64,000 nt of DNA from Adineta vaga (lineage: Eukaryota; Animalia; Rotifera). Location of the stretch: contig CP075492.1 in the NCBI GenBank assembly GCA_021613535.1, positions 17,918,001-17,982,000 on the forward strand, in the 5' to 3' direction. Within the stretch, counting starts at the first letter, position 1, and each line of letters begins with the position of its first letter. The notes below the pieces were generated by a model, which ran no database searches, was not told the origin of the DNA, and saw only the letters and a program-made list of their open reading frames with translations. Both the position numbers and the translations under genes were made by a program. Shown one piece after another: positions 25,601 to 37,387 of the stretch.

Positions 25601-28600
25601 TTTGTTTTCTTATGAAAATTTTTATCAATCATGTTCACCTAGTCATTGTATTTATTCAGATGAAATTCATCGAAAACATATTAGCGAAGTTATATTAATA
25701 TTACTATCTATGATTGCTGGTCTTACTGCTTTATTACATTTTCTAACACCATTATTAATCAAAATTGTATTTATTCTAATCACAAAATTGACTAATAAAC
25801 ACTCACAAGAACAACAAGGTAATTCTATTTAGAAATGAAATTAATTCAACTATAATTTTTGTTTATTAATAGAACGTTTAAAATTATTTCTTCGATTAAA
25901 AATAATAATTTCTAATCAAATGAAATTCTTATTAACGATTATAATTAATCTGAATATTTTTCCTCGAAGAAATTTTAGTAATCAAATTGATTTAATAAAA
26001 GCTAAACATTATGGACAATGGGCAACTCGTCTTTATATTATTTTATTTCTTATTTGTTTAATCATTTTTACTATCTATACTATTATTCGACCGGAAATTA
26101 TAACAAAAAATTTTGATAAACCATCATTTTATTTATATAATCAATTATATAAAATTTATGGAAAGAATTTAAAATGTTCATGTTCAGTGATAACATCACC
26201 ATACAAAGAATTTTCTTCAATTAAATTAATTTATCATCAAGTAATTATTCTTTTCATACAAAAAAAACTTTCAGCGCAATTTCTTTTAGAATTAAAAATG
26301 TGAAACATGATGAACCTTTATATATCCTATAACGTACATATAGCTTCTCTGGTTTTGCGTGTATAATGTGAGGGGGGTCGAAATTTCTGCCCTTAAACAC
26401 GTTAATACTCTCTTTCAGATCATGTTTGATAAAATCTATAATTATTTTATTGATTAGGTTTGTACATCACCATTTATATTAGATGAATGGAGAAATAATT
26501 TAACAATTAATCTTGTTCCTGATCTTTCAATTTATGAACAAAAAGATTATCGTCGTTATCTTTCTTCACATTTACAATATCTTCAAGGTTTATGTCACTT
26601 ATCAATCAAATATACAGATAGTTCAATAAAACAATTTTTAACTTCACTTTTTCTTACAAATCAACTTCTTTCCGAAGAAGATTTTAATAATCAAATTGAT
26701 TATCTTATTCAACAAAATATAATCAATATTCCAATTGAATTTCTTCGTATTCTTTATTTAATTCGATCAATTGATAATGGAAATGCAATTATTTCAACAT
26801 TTCAAACAAATTATCAATATTTTTTTCAATGGATATCTGATGAATATTATCCTAATTATGCTAATATTCAATCAATGATTTATGATAATAAATGTTCATG
26901 TAATTTATATTCAAATTGTACAAGTTCAGCATATTTAATTGAAAGAAATTCATCAAAATCTATTGAATTAAATGGATTAAAAATCGGATGTAAACCAAGT
27001 GAATCATTTCTTTTATCAACTCTTGAATGTTTTTATAATCAATCATGTTTAAATCTAATTGAACAAAATACAACAAAATCACTTTCAATCTTAATCAAAA
27101 GTCGTTTTTTAATAAATACAACAATTAATCAATTAATTCATAATTTATTTATTGAAGAATGGAATATAACAAAAGATTATTTTTCTTATTTTCATCAATG
27201 TTCACCATTAATATGTTCATATAATTATATTCAACAAACAAATCTATTTAACATCATAACTATTTTACTTGGTCTTCAAGGTGGTTTATCAATTGTTCTT
27301 AAATGGATTTGTCCAAAATTAATTGAAATAATTATGAAAATTTATTATTATTATAAAAAACGAACAACAACAATTGTTGAACCTATTGTCAATAGAAATA
27401 TGAATTCAATATCGAATATTTTTATATTACAGTAGGTCTTAAATTCTTTCTTTTTTTATATATTTATTCAAATAATTTTCGTAGAAATAGAATTTTCATA
27501 TCTCGTCGTAAAACTATCCTATGGATTATATTTTTAATAATTATTCTAATAATTTTGATATTATTTTCTATTTTTTATGCTCAACAAGGTAAATCTATTA
27601 AATTAATAGAAGAATAAACATTTTCTTTCTTTCTTTCTGTTTCGAAATAGTTCTTTCAATACCTCAAACGACACAAACTATTACAACAATTTCATCAACA
27701 TCAACAACAACAACAACAACGACAATATCAACAATAATTAGTAAGTAAATCTTGAGGGTGTAGGTGTGAGTGACGAAGATATATCCATACACACCCTCAA
27801 TATGAATAATGTTTTGTTTATCTCCTTTATAGTCCCATCACATCCATTAATGTTTAAAGAAATCTCTGGATCTCCTATCAATCATAGTTGTTATTTTTTA
27901 AGATTACTAATAGTGATTGATTTTAATCATGATAATCTATTAGATCTTATTTTTATATGTATAAATGAGCCGATTTTATATATTCTATTGGGTAATATTG
28001 ATGGTACTTTCAAAGAACCAATTGATTTCTTCTTCGAAAATGATTTTATAACCGATATAATTATTGCAAATGATTTTGATAATAATAATCAAATAGATCT
28101 GATTGTTTTTGATATTTATAGTACATTGATGAGTATTTTATTAGGAAATATCAATGGAACTTTTGGATCATTATTACCAATTATGAAAGAAAATTTTTAT
28201 TCATTAATAGAAACAAAAACAATTGATTTGAATGATGATAATTATTTAGATATTATTGTAATAACTTATGATAACAATATAATTATATTGTTAGGAAATG
28301 GAAAAGGAAATTTTACATTACGTTCAAAACTTTCTATGGGATCTAATAGTCAACCAAGATCACTTACAATTGTTGATTTTAATAATGATAAGAAATTGGA
28401 TATTGCTTGTAGTAGTTCACCTACTATGGGTATTGGAATCTTTTTTGGTAATGATAATGGAAGTTTTAATTTATATAAATGGATTTTTACTGGAAGTGAT
28501 TCGAATCCAACAGATATTATTGCTATGGACATGAATAATGATAATCAACTAGATATTATGTTTGTTAATTATGGAAATAAAATTTTTAGTTTATTAATAA

Positions 28601-28947
28601 TTTATGATAATGGTACTTTTAAAACATCAATTAATTTTATTGAAGAATTTTCTACGTCTCTTGAGTATATTACTGTTAATGATTTCAATTGTGATGGTAT
28701 TTTCGATATAATAATTAGTCATTATTCTCCTTCAGGTATAACGGCATTAATTGGATATAATAATCAATATTTTGGAATACAAACATTATTTTCTAATCTA
28801 TTTGGTAATACACTTTCTACACATTTTATTGGGGATTTTAATAATGATCAATATCAAGATATATTTTTTATTGATTATGAAACAAATACACCAATTGTTC
28901 TTTTAAATATATTTAATTCTTCTTGTAAAAATCGTAGAAAATATTAA
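22664..28947 (+). CDS. Large multi-exon membrane protein: three Cys-rich/TM repeat units, a Thr-rich linker and a C-terminal FG-GAP/VCBS propeller
   Basis: ATG 22664 MNIKLIFQWFYDKLQNYNLF. Three units of L.C.C...H.IC.S.F...W / GC...S.LECFY / E.W...Y..YF..C.P..C.Y / GG...L. The last exon has D(F/L)N.D...D(I/L) and LGN..G.F repeats. AATAAA at 28981. Confidence 0.8.
23207..23345. mobile_element. Short GC-rich intronic insertion, Helentron/DINE-like
   Basis: Starts AAACAACTAAAGCTC followed by the perfect palindrome GTCGGCGCCGAC, in sharp GC contrast with the AT-rich intron. Confidence 0.35.
25073..25160. repeat. Intronic 88-bp hairpin / mini-MITE
   Basis: TTCGAATATTTCTTGTCCGG ... CCGGACAAGAAATACTCGAA (19/20 match). 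Confidence 0.65.
27752..27800. repeat. Telomere-like palindrome H9 (spacer type B, reverse orientation), intronic
   Basis: TTGAGGGTGTAGGTGTGAGTGACGAAGATATATCCATACACACCCTCAA inside intron 27741-27831. Confidence 0.85.
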
Positions 28948-29032
28948 AAATTTATTTTCTTCTTTTTTTATTTGTATCGTAATAAAATAATACATTTGTT
29001 TTGATGAAAATTCAAACTAACGGGCTGTCAAA

Positions 29033-29087
29033 GTTTGAGTGTGGGCGTCAGCTAGAGACAGGCTAACCGAGATTTACACCCTCAAAC
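29033..29087. repeat. Telomere-like palindrome H10
   Basis: GTTTGAGTGTGGGCG...TTTACACCCTCAAAC. Confidence 0.7.
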
Positions 29088-29514
29088 AGGTTCAACACTC
29101 AGTTTTGCATGCATTATAATTTCCTTAATGAGTTATATCGCACGGGATCAACAGATAGTACAGGAAAAACATCAAGCATTGAAACGTATTGGTTTAGATT
29201 TACGTGAACAAGGCTTGGATGACATTGTTGGAAAATGGTCTAAATCTTTGTGGTCGGGTCATTAATGAAAATGATTATTGCTCTGAAACAGTTAAATTAG
29301 ATGAATAATTTCTAAAGATCATTGAAAAAGTGAATCAATCGGAAACTTACCAAATATATGTGCATGAGTGTTTGATAGCTCTACATAATATCTGTCTGAA
29401 GCAGTTATGATAAAAGTATATAACTGACCTATCAGAAATGAATTGATATTTCGACAATCTGATGTAAAAAGACCACTTGAATACACTTATTTGCAGTAAA
29501 AAAACAATAATCAT

Positions 29515-29572
29515 CTGGGTGTGTGGTGTGGCTCACATTGAAAGACAACCCACACCCACATCCTTATCCAAG
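29515..29572. repeat. Telomere-like palindrome H11 (spacer related to type A, reverse orientation)
   Basis: CTGGGTGTGTGGTGTGG-CTCACATTGAAAGACAA-CCCACACCCACATCCTTATCCAAG. Confidence 0.8.
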
Positions 29573-29726
29573 ATTTATTACCATTATATTAGATGTATTA
29601 TGATCAAATAGCATAGAAAGATAGAGCCTCCTTTTCTCTATCAGACAATACAAAAAGAAAATTTTTTGGAATATATTATACGAGAATAAAGTGTCAGTGC
29701 CACTACTTTTGGTATGCCCTAAGTAG
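29573..29726. mobile_element. Terminal fragment of a Tc1/mariner-type element
   Basis: TACTTTTGGTATGCCCTAA (29704-29722) is the exact reverse complement of TTAGGGCATACCAAAAGTA (44793-44811). Confidence 0.5.
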
Positions 29727-29730
29727 TACA

Positions 29731-31092
29731 TTAATCGACAACTGACGCATATTCCGAAGTGTCACTATTCCTAGTTTTTTCATTCAGAAATCGAAGATAC
29801 ATCATAGTTATAGTTGGTGGAATAAGACGATGAAACTCTTCTTCATAAAGTGGTGGTCCATCGGTTGGGAAAGTCGTACATGAATAACCATATTTACGAT
29901 AAATTGAAGCTTTCAAGTACCCAGCCGTATTAGCGTATCGTCTAAGAACACGCCAAGGATTTGACAAGTGCATTACTTCGGGATACTTTGGTTCGGGAGA
30001 ATATTTCAGATGTGGATGGTATTTTATCATGTTAGCATGTAAGAAAAGAATTTCACCAAACGGATCATGTTGCACCATTGTATGTCCACAAAATTCACTA
30101 GATTCACTGCTATTCAAACTTCTGTGATAAAATCCAGCGATGGCAAGATACTTTCGAATGAAATAAAATGGGATGTTTAATACTCTCCAGCTTAAACGAA
30201 AAGTATCCTTATCTCCTAAGAGTATTTTCATTACATCCGAATCTCCATTTAAATGTAAAGACAAATGTAACGCTTTCCAGCTAAGCTTCTTGTTGATTAC
30301 TAGTTGGCCTGCTTCTTGCTCATAGTCTTCCGCTCGACAAGTTAGATTTAATATTTTCCAGATAGGATTGTTCTGAGAAGATGTCCAGAAATCCGGCCAG
30401 AAAATGGCTGCCGATCTTGTATAATGGGGTAGGTCAAACAAATATTCTGGATCACAGACAGGAATATTATCCGCATCTAGCCAAAGAATATGCTCAAAAC
30501 TTGATTCTATAAGAGCACGTAATTTGATAGCATATCTGTTTGAGCTTCGATCTTGAACACTTTTTCTGTTGCCCAGTATGTGTACTGACACGTGGTTAAT
30601 ATTTTGCAATTCAGACAACTGATTCTCATTTAATTCATTGGGAAACTGGAAAATCTCTACAGGCAACGTACAATTCAGCCACCGAAGTAAGCGGAGAGTT
30701 GCTAAAAACCGAGAGTAGACGGATTTTCGTGTTGATGTTACGATGCCTCGCCCTTGAAACTTGTTAACCGGATATTCATCGACTGTATCCATGAACGATT
30801 TCCACTTCATCCTTATTCGGTTAATTTTCTCTTCGTGGAAAACATCCCAGTTTCTTTCGTCTTTTAAACATGGTGTATAGGTTTTCTTTTCAGTAGGCAA
30901 GGAGAAAAGCTCGTCTTGATTACCACTTTGATCAAAATCACCATCGATCTGCCTTGGTAAATTATGAGTTTGTAATGCAGTATACCAAATATTGAAAACC
31001 GTAAGACAAAATGCAGTAATGTATGTTGTTAACTTTCTTTTTGATAAACCGTAGCAGTGTGTGAGTATGCTTCTCTGGAATCTCTTCGACAT
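29731..31092 (-). CDS. GT71 / MNN2-like alpha-mannosyltransferase, type II membrane protein, intronless, 453 aa
   Basis: GRGIV, LPVEIF, K..ALIESSFEHILWLDADN.P..DPEYLF, AIFWPDFW, QEAGQLVINK, GDKDTFR.SW and FCGHTMVQ; N-terminal TM segment. Confidence 0.9.
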   Translation of the reverse strand: MSKRFQRSILTHCYGLSKRKLTTYITAFCLTVFNIWYTALQTHNLPRQIDGDFDQSGNQDELFSLPTEKKTYTPCLKDERNWDVFHEEKINRIRMKWKSFMDTVDEYPVNKFQGRGIVTSTRKSVYSRFLATLRLLRWLNCTLPVEIFQFPNELNENQLSELQNINHVSVHILGNRKSVQDRSSNRYAIKLRALIESSFEHILWLDADNIPVCDPEYLFDLPHYTRSAAIFWPDFWTSSQNNPIWKILNLTCRAEDYEQEAGQLVINKKLSWKALHLSLHLNGDSDVMKILLGDKDTFRLSWRVLNIPFYFIRKYLAIAGFYHRSLNSSESSEFCGHTMVQHDPFGEILFLHANMIKYHPHLKYSPEPKYPEVMHLSNPWRVLRRYANTAGYLKASIYRKYGYSCTTFPTDGPPLYEEEFHRLIPPTITMMYLRFLNEKTRNSDTSEYASVVD

Positions 31093-33082
31093 TCCCTTAA
31101 ATGATTAAATAAAAATCAATAGTAAAGAGTGATTTATGAAGTGACAAAATTCATCATCTATCTAATACATTACGATTTTCAGATATTACAATCATATAAA
31201 TACTATCTGCACCATCACTCTAAATTATGTTCTCTTACGAAATAATATATCCAATTCGTAAACTTTTATTTGATGTCAAAAAATGGAACGAGAAACTTTG
31301 GAAACTGTAAAAGTGTTAGAGCAATAGATTTGGAATTCGAGTAACTATATGAATATATCTTTTTGGTTTCGGAAATATTTCACTAAAATTCAGTGAGTTA
31401 TACAAACTCCTTGAATCTGAAAAAGGAATGTTGCAAAACATAAACTAGTTTTCGAATTTCTGTGTGAAGACTTCGCAGATCGTTTGATACTTTTGAAACA
31501 GCATAGTTTTAGCTCCAAATTCTTCACTTAGTCACAACTTCATGTATGTGAAAGAGTAGACAGATATTACGTACAAATATAAAAGACTAAATAGTGGCTG
31601 CAACGAGTTGAACGTAGTTATGTCTGATTGCCAATAGTAACTAAATTGAAAATCTTCGAAGGGTTCCAACAGTAGCTTTTTTTTATAAAGTAGAAGCACT
31701 CTAAATGACTCAAACTATTTCTAGAAGTCAATGTAATCCGTCTATTTACCGATATATATATATATGTAAGAGTATCTAGTGAATTAGGATACTTAATCAT
31801 GCTGTTGTATACGTCATTTCTATAATATATCTAGATTATACATCTATTTTAACCAGAACGTCCTAGTTCTCCTTAAAATTTGTGCATAACAAATGATCAA
31901 TTGCATACGAATACTATGATTGGTAAAAAGACTTTTTATTAATTTCAGATTGGGATGTAAAAATATATCCTTTTGCACGAGAGTTGTACAGTTCATTGTG
32001 TGTCTTACTCATTTAATATCCACCGATAGAAGAGAGATATAAATCATTATGGTTACCTGAAATAAATTTTCTTTTACTGATTTTCGAGGCTTTCTATAAG
32101 ACACATTAGGTGACGAGTGCGCTGAGAATGCAACAGCGACCACAAAACATATCATGTAACCAATAGTATTTATATGCTCCTTGGTGTGTTTCAATACTGT
32201 ATTTGTGTTGGCTTTTTATATATTAAACAAATTAATGTACTAGAAAGAAACAATACTTATTGAGAGAAAATATAATGCGCATTATGAACTTGTAAATGAG
32301 ACGTGTTCTGTGTGTATATATTATCTATTTTCGTATCTCGCTTCTTCTACTTTCTTAAACCGCATGTCGTTTTTTTTCTGTTAAAATGATTCCGTTTATA
32401 TATATAAAAGTAACATTACTCTCTTTAAGTCCATATAATTACTTCACTGAGGATTTACCCAATCATTTCTTGATGAATATGAAGCTTGCACTTATCTGTT
32501 TCAGTCATAGAAAAATCGGTTCATTTGCTCCAGTTGTAATGCAGATATTCAATTTTTATGATTCGGTTACGTTACTTATGCGTCACACTGTATAATAATA
32601 ACAAAACAGATTTTACTCAAAAATTTCTCATTACAATATTAATGAAAGAATGATGAAATAGCATAAAGAAATAGGGTATCATTTTCACTGTATACACTAC
32701 ATAAAAATAGTCTCATTTAGCTTTCTATAAGGAACCAAAGTAGTATGACCACTATTTTTCATATTCCGAAATTAGTTTACTAGATCGACCATGTATCATA
32801 GGATTATATATGATTTACTAACCGCAGTAAAAACAAACCTTAGACATTACCAGCATTATCTTGGAAAGCAGCGGCATTAACGACCGTGTTCCATTCCTTT
32901 TTTAATATATACTGCAATGGTTCTTTCGAGAAAAGATTTTTTCGTATAGAAAACTAATGTGACTTGTTGAAATAAAAAAAAATATTTTTTTAGTCGACAT
33001 TTTGCGATAAAATTATAACCAATATATGTGCGGTCGACAAGATTGTACAATGTAAATAAAAAAAGCTACACTTCCGAACTCG

Positions 33083-33178
33083 CGAGTACACGCTCTGAAT
33101 CGTCATCTACAAAAACTTATTTTTTGGAATACGGAACTCAAAAAAGTTTCGTAAATGATGACTCGGAGAGTGTACTCG
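33083..33178. repeat. 96-bp imperfect hairpin (MITE-like)
   Basis: CGAGTACACGCTCTGAATCGTCATCTACAAAAACTT ... AAGTTTCGTAAATGATGACTCGGAGAGTGTACTCG. Confidence 0.6.
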
Positions 33179-33744
33179 TTGTTAGATCCTTTTCTGGCTT
33201 CGCAGATGTTGAAAACCGCTTTTTCAACATGTTGACAATATTGGCTACTTAAAGAAGTACATCTACTCACCATTACTAGAATGCAAGGTGAAACGAATGA
33301 AACAAAAAGGTACATGTGAAGAAAAAGAAAACAGTAGCTATACGATAGAGAGCTGTATTTACGTGTGTATCCGCGCATGACTATTTAGCTAGTATGTGCG
33401 TTAACGACTGATGCGTCATATAAATATAATATTTTTCGTTTCTACTCACTTCCTTTCGGCTATTAGTAAATATGCCGTATGTATATGACATTGAAACTAG
33501 CAAAGTATTGTTAGTCATCTAATGAATAAAATTAACCAAATTCTATTAATAAACTTTTGTGATCGTACTGATCTCAATAAGCTTGCCTAATTAAACTATT
33601 TTACAGAATCTCAAAAGTTTCATATTTATGCACTGAACGATTTTAAGTTCAGTGGAATGGAAATGATCATCACGATCATAGATGACTACGAAACGTTCGT
33701 TTTTGTGTTTTTTTTTGGGAGAGAAACTCCAATCATTGATACCC

Positions 33745-33798
33745 TGAGGGTGGGCGTGGGTTTCTTTGTTATATTCAGATCCACGCCCACACCCTCAA
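33745..33798. repeat. Telomere-like palindrome H12 (spacer related to type A, reverse orientation)
   Basis: TGAGGGTGGGCGTGGG-TTTCTTTGTTATATTCAGAT-CCACGCCCACACCCTCAA. Confidence 0.85.
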
Positions 33799-34047
33799 GA
33801 TGATACTTCTATAGCAAAAAATATTAAGTGTGATAAAATTAAAGTGAGCATAATGTTGATCAACTTGAATTGTAGCTACGATATTTCATAATAATTATTT
33901 AGGGTCATGAAATAGCGTGTCATATACTTGCACCATCACTTATAAATACTATTGTTACTGAATTACGAAATATTTCATTTTTCTCAATTTATTATGATGC
34001 TTCAAAATAAAGGAAATGTTAATGTAGTTCCAATCGTAGTATAATAC

Positions 34048-34100
34048 TTGATGGTGTGAGTACTTCTATCTTCTGTCACCCATATCCACACCATCGCCCA
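34048..34100. repeat. Telomere-like palindrome H13 (spacer type B)
   Basis: TTGATGGTGTGAGTACTTCTATCTTCTGTCACCCATATCCACACCATCGCCCA. Confidence 0.8.
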
Positions 34101-34668
34101 AAACGATTGATCTTGATAATCTTTATAATAGTGATTATAATCATATCAAATCAATATATTTTGATTTGAAAAACAAATTTGGTGGAATTAAATGTACAAG
34201 TACAATCGTTTATTTTCTCCAGTTTAGGTGGATCGGAATATCGTGGAACATCAGTTAATTATGAAACAAACTTATGTGATGACTGTGATCTCAAGGACAC
34301 TCTTGATGATAATGATACTACTGATAAGGAACCTAATGTGAAAACTTCTAAACATGAGAAAATCAATAAATCAATTCGTCCAGATCATTTATGTTCTTTT
34401 TAACTTGATGGTGAACATGCACCTGATCTATGAAAATTGATTGAGTTCGTATTTGCTATTCCAGCGTCGAATGCTTTTTGTTAGTCAGTTTTTAGCCACA
34501 TGAACTTTTTATGGAACAATAACAGAAATAAGATGAAACACAATTTGGTTGGAGCTGAATTAAAATTCAAAATGAAAACCCATTTAACATGTACAGAGTT
34601 TTATGATTATCTCCTATCTAAACCGGATATACTAAAAAATTCGATCGTCACATAAATACAGTCACATT

Positions 34669-35033
34669 CACTGTTGGGGTTAAAACTAGGGTTGTTATAA
34701 CTATTCCACTTTCAACACCAACAGTGCCCCCAAGATCATTTAGAGAGGAATATTAAAAATGAGAGGAAAAGAATAAAACTAAACCAAACTACTAAAAATC
34801 TTATTTTAAGAATGACTTATCTGTAAGGTCATCTTGTAGAGCTGCAAGGATTTCACAATTTCTAAAAAAGATTATTTTCTGGCTAATTCAAAAAAAATCA
34901 TTTTAAATAAAGTTATTAAAGACACAGACGAAAGAAAAGACATAAAGCTTGGTCGCTAAGGGATCCTCCGTACGATCAAAACATTTTGCAGATTAATATT
35001 CAAAAGAATTCGCTAGTTTTAACTCCAACAGTG
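34669..35033. mobile_element. MITE with 8-bp TSD, nested in the hAT relic
   Basis: TIRs CACTGTTGGGGTTAAAACTAG / CTAGTTTTAACTCCAACAGTG; TSD GTCACATT at 34661-34668 and 35034-35041. Confidence 0.9.
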
Positions 35034-35416
35034 GTCACATTGCAAAAAAAGCCATGAATTTAATGGCGAACAATTGATTACATATTTATACTTTGTTTTG
35101 ATTTATATTAATCGAAAAGTGAAGTTTCATTTTGTATGCTTTTTTTGATTTCTAATAACTATTAATGGAATAAATGTAGAAGTGAATTTTGAGAAATTAT
35201 CAATTATTTTAGTCTTGATTTAGTCATAATAGATAATTCTATAATTAAATTGGTATGTAACATCAACATGATTCTTCATTCATACATGTACAATGAATCA
35301 AAGATTTAATCTTATATATCAGAAATCATCTAATAACTCTTGAATATTAAGAATAAAGCCTCCTGATTTCTTTCTGAAAAATCTCTAATTTCTAAAATTT
35401 AGATTTGGCAAGCCTG

Positions 35417-35800
35417 CCTCTGACTCAATTCTCCGTTCATGATATCGAAAGAAAATAAGTTGTACATATACATTTATGAGAGGACAAAGAAGAGACTCAT
35501 CTCTTCTTTTCTTTTCATCTTATTTTTTCATTAGTTTAAGGTATTTTTCTGTCGTAGGAAGTCCGAACAAACGCTATTCCGACGTATTCATACCTCTGAC
35601 TCAATTCTCCGTCCATGATATCAAAAAGAAAATAAGTTGTACATATACATTTATGAAAGGACAAAGAAGAGACTCATCTCTTTTCTTTTCATCTTATTTT
35701 TCATTAGTTTAAGGTATTTTTCTTTCGTAGGAAGTCCGAACAAACGCTATTCCGACGTATTCATACCTCCGACTCAATTTTCTGTCCATGATATCGAATG
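35417..35800. repeat. Tandem repeat, ~175-bp unit, about 2.2 copies
   Basis: Units start CCTCYGACTCAATT at 35417, 35593 and 35766 and are near-identical. Confidence 0.9.
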
Positions 35801-37387
35801 AAAGTAACACACGCATCAGTGATCGTAGTAGACGAATCGATATAAATTGGTTGTTTTTCGTTCTTATTTTTATTTTTAAATAAAAGGGCATATCTACTTC
35901 AACTTGTTTACTTTTATTAGTCATTAAATAATAAGAAGGTAGGTGAAAACTTGCTCTACATGGTAAGTCTATTCTTTTTCAATAATATTATACAGCAGCG
36001 TGGAACATAAATTGTAGGTTGTGGTTCCAAGGTGTCTCTAATAGAACTGTTAGATATGTTAGGTTTTTAATGTTGTTATATTACATAGATAGAGTACTCT
36101 CTAAATGCATGATTTATCAAAATTTTCTTATTCTGTATGAGCTTATAGAAGACAATAATATGAAGTTTTTCGAAGGAGTTGAAAGAAATTTATAAACTGC
36201 GCATGAATTTTATCCTATTTCTTACATTAGAATCTTTTGATTTTATCGATATGTGCAAGTTTTTTTCATATGAATTGATCATATGGTTTGGTGGAATAAT
36301 TCAACTAACCGAAGACAGGTGCAAAGATATGGCTAACTAACAATTTGACCTATACAGAGCTGAGGAATCATATTGGAAGCTTTATTCTAACGTAATAATA
36401 CGGTTCTCGATATAGAAAGTTTTATCAGAAGTAATGTGAGGAAGGGCCATCGTTATACAGTAGTTTTAACCCTCTGCTTAGTGATCGTTACTTCAATGAT
36501 GTCATTTGGTCTGTTCATCAGATCGCATGCAAGTGACTTTAAGATTTTAAGTTATCTATAGAAAATAATAAAGAAGTCTTCTGCATAGTTTGAGGGTATC
36601 TTTTGTATTCTTATTATTATGGTTCGAAAGAATTTATCTTTAGAGGAAATGTTTTAATTTCTGTGTTTTCGAATATTCATTTTCGAAAAATTGACTTTGA
36701 TCACGCATGGTTTTACATTGAAAGGAATTCTTGACAAAGTGCTTGTCGTTGCTCCTTAATGAAAGCTAGAAATTGATTCAGTATCACATTCTGTAAAGAC
36801 CTGCTCTCTCTACAGAATAACGGATAATTTTTGACATGCTCGAAAACAGGCTTGCCTGATGAAGAAAAACCTGTTGGTTCATTATTATATGCATTCTTTC
36901 AGCTTCCGCAACATTCTTCTCATAACTTTCAACAAACATAAACACAAGATTTCCAAGTCGATAGTCGAATATAGTCTTTGTGCGCAGCTGCAGACAGAAT
37001 CAGACTCATATGAATGAGGATGAAGGAGGAAATTATTGGTGGAACTCGTTTCTGTTCTCAACCGTTTAAAACACTAAATGTATCGCGTGCTCCAATTATT
37101 TCCACTGACGGGAGCTAAATTAAAATCGAAAGAGTGTGTTTTTTATCGACCTCTGTGCTATCACAAGACCGATCAGTCTTTCTGTAAAATCAGTTACCGT
37201 TAGTTTCTCTTATAACGCTTTACTTCTGTGATTAAGTTCATATGGAGAAATTTATGCACTTGCGGAAAATATCGAAGATTACAATTTTCTGAAGGAAATT
37301 GTTATCCTGTTCGCAGTACAGATGTATAACTTTTGCAGATACTCTGGTAATCACCATACTACAATAAAGCTTTCTTTATATATAGAG

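Larger units (their letters stand above)
33799..35416 (+). mobile_element. Internally deleted hAT DNA transposon relic (transposase fragments plus 3' terminus)
   Basis: 33799-34047: DDTSIAKNIKCDKIK, an intron, then GHEIACHILAPSL..FFSIYYDAS-KGNVNVVPIVV*Y (region of the first catalytic Asp). 34101-34668: ..KLIEFVFAIPASNAFC*SVFSHMNFLWNNNRNKM..AELKFKM..C.EFYDYLL (hATC domain). It ends with ..TTTGGCAAGCCTG at 35416, a CAGG-type TIR. Confidence 0.75.
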
